Positions 19,621 through 30,500 of a stretch of DNA of 64,000 nucleotides are shown in pieces. The notes below the pieces were generated by a model. The model worked only from the letters and a program-made list of their open reading frames with translations, ran no database searches and was not told the origin of the DNA. The stretch lies in NCBI GenBank assembly GCA_051251855.1, contig JBPOGI010000001.1, forward strand, positions 1,696,001 to 1,760,000. The letters run 5' to 3'. This DNA comes from Roseibacillus sp. Lineage in GTDB: Bacteria > Verrucomicrobiota > Verrucomicrobiia > Verrucomicrobiales > Akkermansiaceae. The stretch's first letter is position 1. Each line of letters opens with the position of its first letter. The position numbers and the translations under genes were made by a program.

Positions 19621-20997
19621 GTGTCCGATGCCGTAACCTTGCGCAGCCTTTGCCGCGCCCCCGAAATTGGGGCTAATTCCTATCAACTGAGCTTCGGCGA
19701 AACCAACCTCGTCATCGACGCGGGAATGCATCCCAAGCAGGATGGCGAAGAAGCCATTCCACGCTTTGGGATACTCGACCACGACTCCGTTGATGCCATT
19801 TTCATCTCCCATGCGCACTTAGACCACATCGGAACGCTACCGGTCCTCCAGCGAGAGCAACCACGTGCACGTGTCTACATGACGCCTGAGGTCGTCGATT
19901 TGGCAGATGCCCTCCTCCACAATTCCGTCAACGTGATGACGAGCCAAGGGGACGAACTGGGTATCGATGCCTACCCTCTCTTCACCCATGCCGACCTGGA
20001 TGAACTGAGTCAGGTCTGGCAAGGCCAGCACTACCGCAAGGAGTTCGACCCCGTTTGGGATGCGGATTTGAAGGTCACCTTTCGCGATGCCGGCCACGTC
20101 CTCGGTTCTGCCGGAATCCTCTTTGAGGGAGGCGGGAAGCGCGTTTTCTACTCTGGCGACGTCCAATTTAAGGATCAAAGCCTCATCAAGGGAGCCGACT
20201 TTGGCGATTTGGGACCCCTCGATACCCTCATCGTCGAGACCACTCGCGGAAACACTCCAGCTGAGCCCGGTTTTGATCGCGAAGAGGAGGTCCAACGCCT
20301 GATCGCGGACGTCACCAAGACCATTAACGGCAACGGCTCAGCTCTCATCCCTGTCTTTGCGATGGGAAAAACCCAGGAAGTACTGACCATGATCCAAAAT
20401 GCGAAGGAATCAGGCGACCTCCCCGATGTGCCCGTCACCATCGGAGGGCTTTCCACCAAAATGACGACCATCTATGACCGTTACGCCTCCAATAAGAACC
20501 GTAAGCGACCTGACTTCCGTATCTTACGTGACATGGAGCTGCGTGCAGGCACTCGACGACGCGGCAAAAGTGTCCCCATTCGCTACCAAGAGCAGGCTAT
20601 CTATGCCCTTTCAAGCGGGATGATGTCTGAGAACACCGTCTCCAATAAATTTGCCCAGACATTCCTCCCTAATCCCGCAAATTCGGTTCACTTCGTCGGC
20701 TACTCCGATCCTTCCACCCCTTCTTATCACCTGCGCCAAGCTTCGACCGGCGACATGATCAGCCTGGACGAGCGTAAAGACCCCGTGGCTCTGAATTGCG
20801 AAGTGAAGGAATATAATTTCTCAGGTCATGCCGACCGCGAACAATTGATGGAGTTCATCATCGGAACCGGAGCCAAGAATATTTTCCTCGTTCACGGAGA
20901 CCTTCCAGCATCGAAGTGGTTCCAGCAAGAACTCGCCAAACGAATGCCCTCGGCTGAGGTCACCATTCCCGATCCCGGAACCAATTACGCGCTCTAA
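19621..20997 (+). CDS. MBL-fold beta-CASP metallo-hydrolase (RNA-processing type)
   Basis: SHAHLDHIG, AGHVLGS, YSGD, PVFAMGKTQE, FSGHAD, LVHGD. Confidence 0.88.
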   Translation: MSDAVTLRSLCRAPEIGANSYQLSFGETNLVIDAGMHPKQDGEEAIPRFGILDHDSVDAIFISHAHLDHIGTLPVLQREQPRARVYMTPEVVDLADALLHNSVNVMTSQGDELGIDAYPLFTHADLDELSQVWQGQHYRKEFDPVWDADLKVTFRDAGHVLGSAGILFEGGGKRVFYSGDVQFKDQSLIKGADFGDLGPLDTLIVETTRGNTPAEPGFDREEEVQRLIADVTKTINGNGSALIPVFAMGKTQEVLTMIQNAKESGDLPDVPVTIGGLSTKMTTIYDRYASNKNRKRPDFRILRDMELRAGTRRRGKSVPIRYQEQAIYALSSGMMSENTVSNKFAQTFLPNPANSVHFVGYSDPSTPSYHLRQASTGDMISLDERKDPVALNCEVKEYNFSGHADREQLMEFIIGTGAKNIFLVHGDLPASKWFQQELAKRMPSAEVTIPDPGTNYAL

Positions 20998-22034
20998 TCA
21001 GCGCTTGATTGACGCTTCAATTCGTCGAGTTCACGGCGCAAATTTTTGAGCTCTTCTCGCATCTCGGGAATCTTACGGGTACCCACCAGTCGGCGCTTCT
21101 CCACCTTAATAGGTTTAGCGGGCACTCCCCAATAAGTCCCGGGCTCTTCGATGCTTTTCGACACCCCTGTTCGGGCAGCTAAGACAACGTGGTCGCAAAC
21201 CTCCAAATGCCCAGCCAGCCCAGACTGCGCCGCAACGGTAACGTAGTTCCCAATCTTGCAGCTGCCTGCAATCCCTACATGGGCCACGATCAGGCAATGC
21301 TCGCCGATGATGACGTTATGACCAACCTGAACGAGGTTGTCGATTTTCGTGCCTTTCCCAATAACTGTCTTCCCGAAACGTGCACGGTCGACGGTAGAAT
21401 TGGCTCCAATCTCCACTTCGTCCTCCAAAACCACAATACCCACCTGAGGTATGGAGCGATGTCGCCCATCGACCAGTTCATAACCAAATCCTTCGGATCC
21501 AATGGAAGCTCCCGGCTGCAATAGAACGCGATCACCCAATATACAGCGCTCGCGCACCACCGCATTGGCAAAAAGAATGCAGTCCTCGCCGATGATTGCT
21601 CCTCGTTCAACAACAACGCCGGGCCCAATTTCGGTCCCCTTACCCACAACCGCACCAGCCTCCACCACCGCGTTGGCTCGAATCATTGCTCCGTCCACTT
21701 GGGCCGTTTCATCCACAAAAGCGGAAGGATGAATCGCCGCTTCATAAGGCCTCTTCTTTTGAACTTCTTCGACGACTTGACTGAAAGCTACCGAAGGATT
21801 CTCGACGTCGATCACCGCCATGCCTTCCCGCGCAATCGGGGCCCGAGCCACAGTGAGCACCGCACCCGCTTGGCAGCCTAAATAGTCATTGAGATACTTC
21901 TCGTTCCCAAGAAAACTGAGGTCCAATGGACCGGCATCACCCAAAGAAGCGAATCCTGTGATCCGAAAATCAGGATCCCCGACACGAAGACGCCCTCCGC
22001 AGAGGGCGACAATTTCAGAGATGGAAAAATCCAC
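20994..22034 (-). CDS. lpxD: UDP-3-O-acylglucosamine N-acyltransferase
   Basis: Hexapeptide repeats; IGSEGFGY, PQVGIV, TKIDNLVQVGHN. Confidence 0.95.
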   Translation of the reverse strand: MDFSISEIVALCGGRLRVGDPDFRITGFASLGDAGPLDLSFLGNEKYLNDYLGCQAGAVLTVARAPIAREGMAVIDVENPSVAFSQVVEEVQKKRPYEAAIHPSAFVDETAQVDGAMIRANAVVEAGAVVGKGTEIGPGVVVERGAIIGEDCILFANAVVRERCILGDRVLLQPGASIGSEGFGYELVDGRHRSIPQVGIVVLEDEVEIGANSTVDRARFGKTVIGKGTKIDNLVQVGHNVIIGEHCLIVAHVGIAGSCKIGNYVTVAAQSGLAGHLEVCDHVVLAARTGVSKSIEEPGTYWGVPAKPIKVEKRRLVGTRKIPEMREELKNLRRELDELKRQSSAD

Positions 22035-22051
22035 GATGAAACAATTAAAAC

Positions 22052-22627
22052 TTACTGTGCGGGAGCATCCTTATTGAGCTCCTTCAGGAGACCTTCGGTG
22101 ATGTCGTAGGTGTCCTTAGAATAGAGAAGAACAGGAACCTGAGTGGTGCTGTTACCTGACTTATCAAAAACGAAGTCGTAGTCCTCAGCCTTAGCCTTCT
22201 CTTCAAGCAACTTGGTGATTTCCTCAAGAATACCACGCATTTGGCGCTGCATTTCTTCCTGAACCTGACGACGCTTACGGTCGAGATACTCTTTGAGTGA
22301 ACGGCTCATCGCGATGCCTTCTTGCTGTTTAAGCTGGAGTTGCTCGTAAATCTCCTTCTTTTTGGCCTCGTTGAGGGAAGGATCCTCAAACTGCTTGCGA
22401 AGAGTATTGATCTCCTCCTCGAGCTCTTGAATCTGCTTCTGCTTCTCATTGTTCGCTTTCGTCAACAGAGCCTGCTTTTCATTGAGTTCCTGCTGGGCTT
22501 CCTCAGTACGATAATAGTCCTTGAGGAGGCGCTTCATATCAACGGTAGCGACCTTGATTTCTTGCGCTCCAACTTGAGCGAACGAGATGAGGGCAAAAAG
22601 GGCTGCGAAAAGAATTCCTGTCTTCAT
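22052..22627 (-). CDS. skp: OmpH/Skp periplasmic chaperone
   Basis: Signal peptide; KVATVDM, coiled coil, YDFVFDKS...LLY...DIT. Confidence 0.88.
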   Translation of the reverse strand: MKTGILFAALFALISFAQVGAQEIKVATVDMKRLLKDYYRTEEAQQELNEKQALLTKANNEKQKQIQELEEEINTLRKQFEDPSLNEAKKKEIYEQLQLKQQEGIAMSRSLKEYLDRKRRQVQEEMQRQMRGILEEITKLLEEKAKAEDYDFVFDKSGNSTTQVPVLLYSKDTYDITEGLLKELNKDAPAQ

Positions 22628-22706
22628 AAATATTTTGGGTGGACTGTGATGTCTGGCCGAGACGTTGGAGAGCTTTTGGACTCTCGTCAACGATTCTGGT
22701 CGTCTT

Positions 22707-23315
22707 TTAGCGTTTGTCGTCCCCACTCTTGCTCAATTCTTTTTCCATGAGCGGAGTCATATCAGTGGCATTCTTGGCGAAGAGCATAGGGATCACTTGA
22801 TTCGAGTTACTCCCAGAAATATCAATGACCATATCAAACCCCTCAGAATCAGCCTTCTTTGCGGTCAACTCGACGATTTCCTCTAAGATTCCGGCCATTC
22901 TTCGGACCATTTGTTTGTTTAATGCCTGATTGGCCGTAGCGCGCTCGCCGCTCTTCTGCTGTTCCGCCATTTGAAGCTCCCGGGTAATAATGGGAAGCTC
23001 TCGCTGCAAGTCCGCTATTTCAGCCTCTGAAGCATCGCCCTTTCGAACGTTAAATATGCGCTGTTCGGCGACTCTTCGACGTTTTTGAATCTCATTCGTC
23101 GCTAACTGACTCTTCTTCTGAATTTCAGCTCGTGCGAGGTCGATCTCGCGCTCAGCAACCAAAGTCTTTCGATAACCTTGAAAAAGCTTTTGAATATCCA
23201 CCGTGGCCACCTTCATGACCGGAGCTCGGCTCACTTCCAGCCGACTGGGAGGCTCCTGACCAAAAGCGAAGAAGGAGATCAGAAAACACACGCTGACAAA
23301 AGAACGAAGGGGCAC
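22707..23315 (-). CDS. Second OmpH/Skp-family protein
   Basis: KVATVDI...FDMVIDIS...DMT; start inferred at GTG 23315. Confidence 0.75.
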   Translation of the reverse strand: MPLRSFVSVCFLISFFAFGQEPPSRLEVSRAPVMKVATVDIQKLFQGYRKTLVAEREIDLARAEIQKKSQLATNEIQKRRRVAEQRIFNVRKGDASEAEIADLQRELPIITRELQMAEQQKSGERATANQALNKQMVRRMAGILEEIVELTAKKADSEGFDMVIDISGSNSNQVIPMLFAKNATDMTPLMEKELSKSGDDKR

Positions 23316-23379
23316 AGCTCGAATTTGAAAGTTGCCACTCCTTTCCGACAAGAAGAAACTCCCTCCCCCCTTGTCATCC

Positions 23380-24231
23380 ATGAAGACCTCCCAAACGACC
23401 GCCGATCTCCTAAACCAACGCATAAACTGGTCTGGCCCAGTGGCTTTCGTCCCTACGATGGGCGCCTTGCACCCAGGGCACGCCAGTCTCTTCCAAAAAG
23501 CGCGTGAGACCGTGGGCGAGAAAGGCACTGTCGTTGCCTCTATTTTTGTCAATCCGCTGCAGTTCGACCGACCAGAAGACCTGCAGAATTACCCTCAAAC
23601 ACTCGCTACCGATCTCGAAGAATGCCGTCAACAAGGGGTGGATCATGTCTTTCACCCCACTGCCGCAGATTTTTACGCCAAAAACCACTCCATCCAGGTG
23701 CTTGAGAAAAAGCTCGCTACGCATCTCTGCGGAGCCAGCCGCCCCGGTCACTTCGACGGCGTTTGCACCGTCGTTCTCAAACTCTTCAACCTCGTCCAAC
23801 CCAACTTCGCTGTCTTTGGAAAAAAGGACTACCAGCAATTGGCCATCATTCGCCGTATGATCCGAGATCTCTCCCTCGATATCGAAATCGTTGCCGCCGA
23901 TACCTTTCGGGAAGAAGACGGCCTCGCGATGTCTTCCCGCAACCGAAACCTCACTCTTGAACACCGCGCTGACGCCCCTCGCTTGCGCAAAGCTTTGCTC
24001 GCGGCGCACAACCTCGCAGTTACCGGAGAACGAAGTCCCGAGCGTTACCTCGCCGCAGCACGCCACCAACTTCAAGGAGCGCCCGAAGGCTTTAGCGTCG
24101 ACTACCTCGAATTCGTTTCCAGCGAAACCCTCCAGCCTCTTGCCTCTGTCAATGAGCATGCCCTCCTCGCCATTGCTGTGTTCTATAGCGACGTTCGCCT
24201 CATCGACAACATCGAGATCGATGCGGCTTAG
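23380..24231 (+). CDS. panC: Pantoate--beta-alanine ligase
   Basis: FVPTMGALHPGH, SIFVNPLQF, RPGHFDGV, FGKKDYQQ, GLAMSSRN, RLIDN. Confidence 0.96.
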   Translation: MKTSQTTADLLNQRINWSGPVAFVPTMGALHPGHASLFQKARETVGEKGTVVASIFVNPLQFDRPEDLQNYPQTLATDLEECRQQGVDHVFHPTAADFYAKNHSIQVLEKKLATHLCGASRPGHFDGVCTVVLKLFNLVQPNFAVFGKKDYQQLAIIRRMIRDLSLDIEIVAADTFREEDGLAMSSRNRNLTLEHRADAPRLRKALLAAHNLAVTGERSPERYLAAARHQLQGAPEGFSVDYLEFVSSETLQPLASVNEHALLAIAVFYSDVRLIDNIEIDAA

Positions 24232-24300
24232 CCCATCGGGTTCGTCATCCTACCATTTCCGCATTGGACCATTGCCGATGCCTTGTCCATGGTAGACGCA

Positions 24301-25239
24301 ATGCTTGCTTTCTCCACTTGTTGGAACAACTCCCGCCATAGCGATGGCGAGGAAATGGTGGATGAGATCCTCGAACTCGGATTCGACCACTTGGAACTCT
24401 CCCACGGGATGACCATCGCCAAGCTCCCTGGTCTGCAGAGAGCCTACAAGGCGGGCAAGTTCACCTGCGTGGGTGTCCATAACTACTTTCCTTCTCCCAC
24501 CGAGGTTATGATCGATGCGCCCGATGCCTATGAGTTCACCTCCTTTCGCGAGAACGAGCGCCAGCGTGCGATGGACATGACCCTCAAGACCCTCGATGTC
24601 GCCGCTGAGTTCGAAGCCAAATACCTCGTCCTTCATATGGGCTCCATCCCCCAAATGCCTCATAAAAAGTGGACCGGCAAACTGACAGCCATGGTCAAAG
24701 ATGGCGAACAGGACAATCCCGACTACGTCAAACATAAGTTGAAGTGTGTCAAAAAGCGGGAAAAACACGGCCCCCTCTACTTTGACCGTGCTTGCAAGAC
24801 CCTCGAAGTCCTGGCCGAACGAGCTGCTGAACTCAATATCAAACTTGCAGTCGAATCACGTTCCAAGTTCGAGGATATGCCCACCGAACGAGAGATGCTC
24901 GTGCTACAAGAACGATTCAAGGACCACCCGAATGTTGTCTATTGGCATGATTTTGGCCACGTGCAGCTCAAGCACAACCTCGGTCTGTTAGAGCATGCTG
25001 ATTGGCTACGCAAAGTTCAGCCCTATCTTTATGGAGCTCACGTGCACGACGTGGAGTGGCCAGCCCGCGACCATCGAGTCCCCTTCACCGGCGAATTAGA
25101 CTACAAGAACCTCTTCCAATACTTCCCCAAAGATGCGCCCCTCACTTGGGAGCTTTCCCCCACCAGAAAGGCCGCGCAAATCAGCACGGCCTTAGAAGTT
25201 TGGAAAAGTCTTTATCCTGAGACCATCGTCACTCGTTAG
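24301..25239 (+). CDS. Sugar phosphate isomerase/epimerase (AP endonuclease 2 TIM barrel)
   Basis: LVLHMG, LAVE, WHDFGH, HVHD, DHRVP..G, WE motifs. Confidence 0.75.
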   Translation: MLAFSTCWNNSRHSDGEEMVDEILELGFDHLELSHGMTIAKLPGLQRAYKAGKFTCVGVHNYFPSPTEVMIDAPDAYEFTSFRENERQRAMDMTLKTLDVAAEFEAKYLVLHMGSIPQMPHKKWTGKLTAMVKDGEQDNPDYVKHKLKCVKKREKHGPLYFDRACKTLEVLAERAAELNIKLAVESRSKFEDMPTEREMLVLQERFKDHPNVVYWHDFGHVQLKHNLGLLEHADWLRKVQPYLYGAHVHDVEWPARDHRVPFTGELDYKNLFQYFPKDAPLTWELSPTRKAAQISTALEVWKSLYPETIVTR

Positions 25240-27497
25240 GGAACCAGTTCAACACGGAAGAACTCGTAACCAAGAGCACCCAAATCGAGTTCGCTCTCAG
25301 AAATGGTAAAGCGATTTGCCCCATCATCGGAAGTGGTCACCGCAGTAAAGCCTCCTGCCAAGTCAGTAGCTCCTGTGACAATCTTTCCAGCAACGCCTCC
25401 TTCAACCTCGATGAAAAAGTCGCCATTACTCTCAAAGCCACAGCTCGTGATCACCAGCTCAACAGGCTCAACCTCGTTAGCCGGAAGACCAAAGAGGGTG
25501 AACCTCAGATTACTATTCGTGGTGAACGCTCCCGAGCCATCGCTCCGGACCCGCAGCCCTGTTCCAAAACCATTCTGAGCCTTGAGTCGCAGTGCAGCCG
25601 TGCTTTGCATACGAACCGCTAAACTTGTGCCCGCGCTCGTGAAGGTGATGGGTTCCTCAAAGGCAAAGTAAGAAACTCCCGTGGACCCTGAAGGGCTCAA
25701 CGTTCCGCGTGCAACGCCGACTAGTGTCTCGCAGTCAACGCCATCGAAGTCATCATCAGCGTCGGCGGCCGCAGGGTCATAAAATTCGAAAGAGATATCA
25801 CCTTGCCCGTTTCCACCTCCAGTGACGACCCAAGCGATTCCTGTAATCTCAACTTCAGTTCCTGCCTGAGGAAACAAGCCCGGAAAGAGGGTCGTAAAAT
25901 TCGGTCGCCCAAAGCCAAAGGTCAGATCGGCACCACCTTGAGCCGCTTCGTTGAGAATCGCCGTTGCCAGCGCGTCAGGGTCGCTTGCAACCGGACGGAT
26001 GGGCAAGGCATCCGCTGGCCCAACCACTCCGAAATTCATAATGGGAGTCAGACCGAGAGGTGCCGGGTTGATACCGTCTCCTGGGAACTCACTCACATCG
26101 TCCGGATTCGTGCCATAGAAGAGAACCTCTTCGGCATCAGTAAAGGTATCGCTGTCGAAGTCATCGTTGAGGAACGGATCAAGGCCATTGGCCAACTCGT
26201 AGGAGTCCGACAATCCGTCATTATCGGTATCGCGGTTTACGGGATTCAAGAATCCTGACAATCCGGTGGAATCAAATTCAAAACGGTCACTCAGTTTATC
26301 GTTATCAGTATCACTATCGTTGGGGTCTGTGCTTTGAAACCCGCCATTAAACTCGTCGATATTGAGGAGCATGTCCAAGTCGGGATCGTCTTGAGACTCA
26401 TCGCTGTTGATAGGGTCAAAACCGTTATCAACCTCCCACCCGTCGAAGAGGCCGTCCCCATCGGTATCAGATTCGGTTGCATCGGTTTCTGTCGCTTCGA
26501 CCACGCCGTTCCTATTGACATCTTCTTCAGCATCGGTGAGCCCGTCTCCGTCAGAGTCCGCACTGTTAGGATCCGTCAGCATTGTCAAAACTTCGACTCC
26601 ATCCAGAATCCCATCATTGTCAGAATCGTCATTATCAGGGTCCGTCTCTTCGTTGAAGAAGGCCGAGTTGAGAGAGCCAAATACCTCATCCTTATCTCCA
26701 AGATTGTCTCCATCTGTGTCGGTTAAAAGAGGGTTCGAAGTAAAGCCTGTGAAAAGGTCACCAAACACCTCATCACCATCTTCCAAGTCATCGCCATCTG
26801 TATCGGGATTATTCGGATCTGTTCCCGTATTTGACGCATTCACATAAATCCCGGTATTTGTCTCGAATTCGTCGAGAATACCATCGTCGTCGGTATCCAC
26901 ATTCCCGGCAATAAAAGGAGTAGAAGTTCCCGCGATGGTAAACTTGGGACCATTAAAAGTTTCCATCGAGAGTGCTGCAGCTTTGAATCGGACCGAACCT
27001 GCCCCAGCACTGTTAGAGGGAACAACTTCGATTCGGAAGCGGCCTTGGGAATTCGGCATCGGATCTGGTATCACTGCCGAGAAAGGGGCATCGAAGACAA
27101 CATAGTATTCTCCCGCACCGTCATGAGTATAGTTCACGGTTTCCTCCCCAATAAAGAGGTCATCAAATGTATTGAGAGTATTGTCTGCTCCGAGATATCT
27201 CAGTCTCACTGTGAGTTCGGTCGCATCATTAGCTCCCGCAGTTCCCGAGGTCGCAAATGCGAAGCCAGTGATTTCGACAGTCGAACCATCAGCACCCACA
27301 TTTAATGCTGCAAGATTCCGATTTGCGGCAAATTGAGCCGGCTGATTCGTGGTGACATCGCTCCCTCCCGTAGCCGCATCATCGACAAAAAAGTCTGTTC
27401 CGAGACTAGCAGTTGCATCCCCTTTCACAAAACTGGAAGCGCAAGCGAAGCCACTCAGCAGGCTGGTGGTAATAAATATTGAATTAGCTATTTTCAT
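25236..27497 (-). CDS. Secreted protein: two copies of an unnamed domain flanking ~10 TSP3-like Ca-binding repeats, plus C-terminal tail domain
   Basis: Signal peptide; D(T/S)DxDGxxDxxE..GTDP repeats; ends EFFRVELVP. Confidence 0.8.
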   Translation of the reverse strand: MKIANSIFITTSLLSGFACASSFVKGDATASLGTDFFVDDAATGGSDVTTNQPAQFAANRNLAALNVGADGSTVEITGFAFATSGTAGANDATELTVRLRYLGADNTLNTFDDLFIGEETVNYTHDGAGEYYVVFDAPFSAVIPDPMPNSQGRFRIEVVPSNSAGAGSVRFKAAALSMETFNGPKFTIAGTSTPFIAGNVDTDDDGILDEFETNTGIYVNASNTGTDPNNPDTDGDDLEDGDEVFGDLFTGFTSNPLLTDTDGDNLGDKDEVFGSLNSAFFNEETDPDNDDSDNDGILDGVEVLTMLTDPNSADSDGDGLTDAEEDVNRNGVVEATETDATESDTDGDGLFDGWEVDNGFDPINSDESQDDPDLDMLLNIDEFNGGFQSTDPNDSDTDNDKLSDRFEFDSTGLSGFLNPVNRDTDNDGLSDSYELANGLDPFLNDDFDSDTFTDAEEVLFYGTNPDDVSEFPGDGINPAPLGLTPIMNFGVVGPADALPIRPVASDPDALATAILNEAAQGGADLTFGFGRPNFTTLFPGLFPQAGTEVEITGIAWVVTGGGNGQGDISFEFYDPAAADADDDFDGVDCETLVGVARGTLSPSGSTGVSYFAFEEPITFTSAGTSLAVRMQSTAALRLKAQNGFGTGLRVRSDGSGAFTTNSNLRFTLFGLPANEVEPVELVITSCGFESNGDFFIEVEGGVAGKIVTGATDLAGGFTAVTTSDDGANRFTISESELDLGALGYEFFRVELVP
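26095..26897 (-). repeat. Bacterial TSP3-like Asp-rich repeats (~10 units, coding)
   Basis: DTDDDGILDEFE, DTDGDDLEDGDE, DTDGDNLGDKDE, DSDNDGILDGVE, DSDGDGLTDAEE, DTDGDGLFDGWE, DPDLDMLLNIDE, DTDNDKLSDRFE, DTDNDGLSDSYE, DFDSDTFTDAEE. Confidence 0.8.
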
Positions 27498-27508
27498 GGT
27501 TTTTGGTC

Positions 27509-30500
27509 CTATCGTTGGTTGAAGCGCATCCGGAAGAATTCACGTTCCTCGTTAAGATCCGGCTCGATGGAAAGGCGGTAGCGGCCACCACCCAGAGACT
27601 CGACGAGCACCGAGTCATCTTGGTTAAAATCCTCTAAATTCGTTGCACGCTCGGGAGTTGGCGAGAAAGGCCCCTCTGCAGACATGTCCAGAGAAAGCCC
27701 TAGCAGCCCAGTGCTCTGACTGAAAAAATCAAGCATGGAGCCAGAAAACCCAACCTCCCCTGGACGAAGACTCGTAAGCTCTCCTTCCATCGCCGATGCT
27801 CCAACCGCAAAGTGGCTCAGCCCACTCGCGTAGGACCCAGTAAGAGAGAGCGAAAGAGTTTGTTCTCCTAGCGTAAAACTCAAAACACTGGTGGAAGCGT
27901 CGAACGAAAAACTTCCCAGACTGAAATCTTCAGGGAGGGCTATAAGAGGCAACGACTGCGAACCTCCCGTTTTTCCCTCCATGAGAGAAACCTCGTTATT
28001 TCCGAAATCAACCACCGCTTGAATCAAGTTCGAGCGGGACGAGGAATCCCCGATTGCATAGACAAGTTTTGCATGACCAGCATTGTTCTCTTCAGTTGCA
28101 CGCAGGAAGAAATTAAAGTCCCAGTCTACAGTCATTGACTGCGTCTCACGGAAGGGCCCAGACAAGAAAACAGGCGAAGATGAATTCGTCCTCAGTCGAT
28201 AACCACCTGGAATCGCCGTCCGTTCCAATCCCGCATCTAACTCTACGCCGCCGCTTCCGTAGAGGGGCACTGTTGTCCGCGCATCCCATGCCAAAAAACG
28301 CTCCTTCAATTCCTCAAAAACATCGGGATTGGCTCCCGCAACATTCGTCGTTTCTCCGATATCACTTTCTAAATCATAGAGAACAGGATTGAAGCCAGGG
28401 TCGCTGTTGAAGAGCTTCCACTTCCCTTTCCTAAGCGCTGAACCACCGCCCGTCGAGCCACTGGCACGAAACGGAATCACCCGTTCATCAGGCAGCGCCT
28501 CCCCCCCATTCAAGAGTGGCATCAAATCCAAACCATCCAAACCGTTGCGGGCGACCGCTGGAGCTCCCCCCGCATTCACGAACGTCGCCATAAAATCTAG
28601 CGAGCTTACGGGAGTATCAATCACTTGATTTCCTGGCATTCCACCAGTCCACTGAATCGCACAAGGAACCCGAATCGAGCCTTCCTGCATGCTGCCACTC
28701 TTCTTTCCCTTCAAAGGAAGGTTATAAGAGTAATTCCCACCAAATCCGGTCACCCATTCCGCGCCACCGTTATCCGTCATGTAGACAAAGATGGTGTTAT
28801 TGGTCAGGCCTTCGGCTTCCACCTTATCGACCACTTTACCAATGTTCTCATCCAAAGCCAAAGTCATCGCAGCTAGCTCGTATCGATTAGCATCGACTGT
28901 CGCTTGATTGGAATTGGCAAAGACTCGTGGCGAATTCAAATAGTCTGCGGCCGTCAAACCAAATTCATTCTGTAATCGAGCGAAGCGCGCATCTGCGGAC
29001 TGAATATCCATCGGGCCGTGGACCGCAGTGAATGACATGTAGATGTAAAAGGGCTGCCCCGCATGGTTCTGCAAATGCTCGTCGATAAAATCAACACTAC
29101 TATCCCCAATTCGATCGGTGAGATAACTTCCATCCTCATCGCTAAAAACGGGCGTCATTTGGTCTTGAAAAATCCGACTCTCATCCGAGTTATTGTAGTA
29201 ACTTCGACTCCCTGACCACATTCCATACCAGCGATCGAATCCACGGACATTAGGATGATACTCCACAGTATCTCCCAAGTGCCACTTCCCTACCCCGTAG
29301 GTCCGATAGCCCAACCCTTGCAAACGACGCGGGATGGTTTGCACCCCCACAGTGAGCCCATTATGGCTGGCTCCACTCAGGTTGTTATCAGTTCCAATGC
29401 GCTGCTGGTGTATACCGCTCAAAATCCCGCAGCGCGAAGGATGGCAGACCCCCGCAATGGCATAAGCGTCAGTGAAACGAGCCCCTTTGGTAGCAATCTG
29501 TTGCAGCTCCGGCATCGGATATTTCGCCGCCCAAGTGGGATGTCCATTGAGCTGAATGTCCGAGTAGCCTTGGTCGTCCGAAAAGATAAAGATAATATTA
29601 GGAGGAGTGGAGACCGTCGACCAATTCTCCAAAGCGGTCAGGACAATCTCAAACTGACCACTGGTGGGAACATCGTAGTCCACTCGAAATCGATTCGGCC
29701 CCCAACTGAACTCTTGTCCATTGCGAGCATTTCCAAACTGGCCATCACGACTCCCATATCGAATCAAGGAAATGGTGCTACCAACAATGTGAGTATATCC
29801 CGCGTCGAACGTCAAATCGAGCGCGCAACGATTCAGGATCAAAGCCCCCTCGGCTACCACCGCTGGTGAGCCCCCCGGATTGTGGAAACGCATCATGGAT
29901 CCCCCTCGTTCGAAGGCTCCCATCGTCAGGTCTCCAGCGACCTCGAAGGCACCGCCCGCAATCGTCACCGAACCATCACAAGACTCCACACTTGTTCCAA
30001 AATTTGCATTCCCTTCCACGGAGAGCGTGCCCCCATTCACCTCTACAAAAGAGTCGTTCGCACTCACATTGCGGCCTACCACCAAGTCGCCGCCCACATT
30101 GAGGGTCCCCGACTCCACCACCAGCGTCCCTTGCCCGTCCGCAGTCCCGTCGATTCCCAAGTTCAAAACACCAACTCGCTCATCGGCTGGAATCCCCCGA
30201 TAAGCCACCCTGCGATACTCACCGACTAACACCTGGTCCTCATCACCCAGATCACCCGACGCCGTCCCCCCTGGCACTTCCCAGCTAATTTCATCCCAAA
30301 AGCCACTGGCGGTTGCGGTGTTGGAAACCGGGGGCGTTTCCCCACCAGAGGAAGAGCCAGCCAGGCTCAACTTTACAGCCCCTTGACCTGTGCTCCCTGA
30401 AGGCGAAGTTTTACGCCTGATATTCCCATTAGAAGTGATCGAAATCCGGAGTGAACCACCACCAGCTGTGAAGCTCAAATTGTTGTCAAAAATCCAAAGA

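Noticed and set aside
26095..26897. Possible CRISPR or DNA tandem repeat
   Set aside because: Repeats are protein-level TSP3-like units, degenerate in DNA; no cas genes
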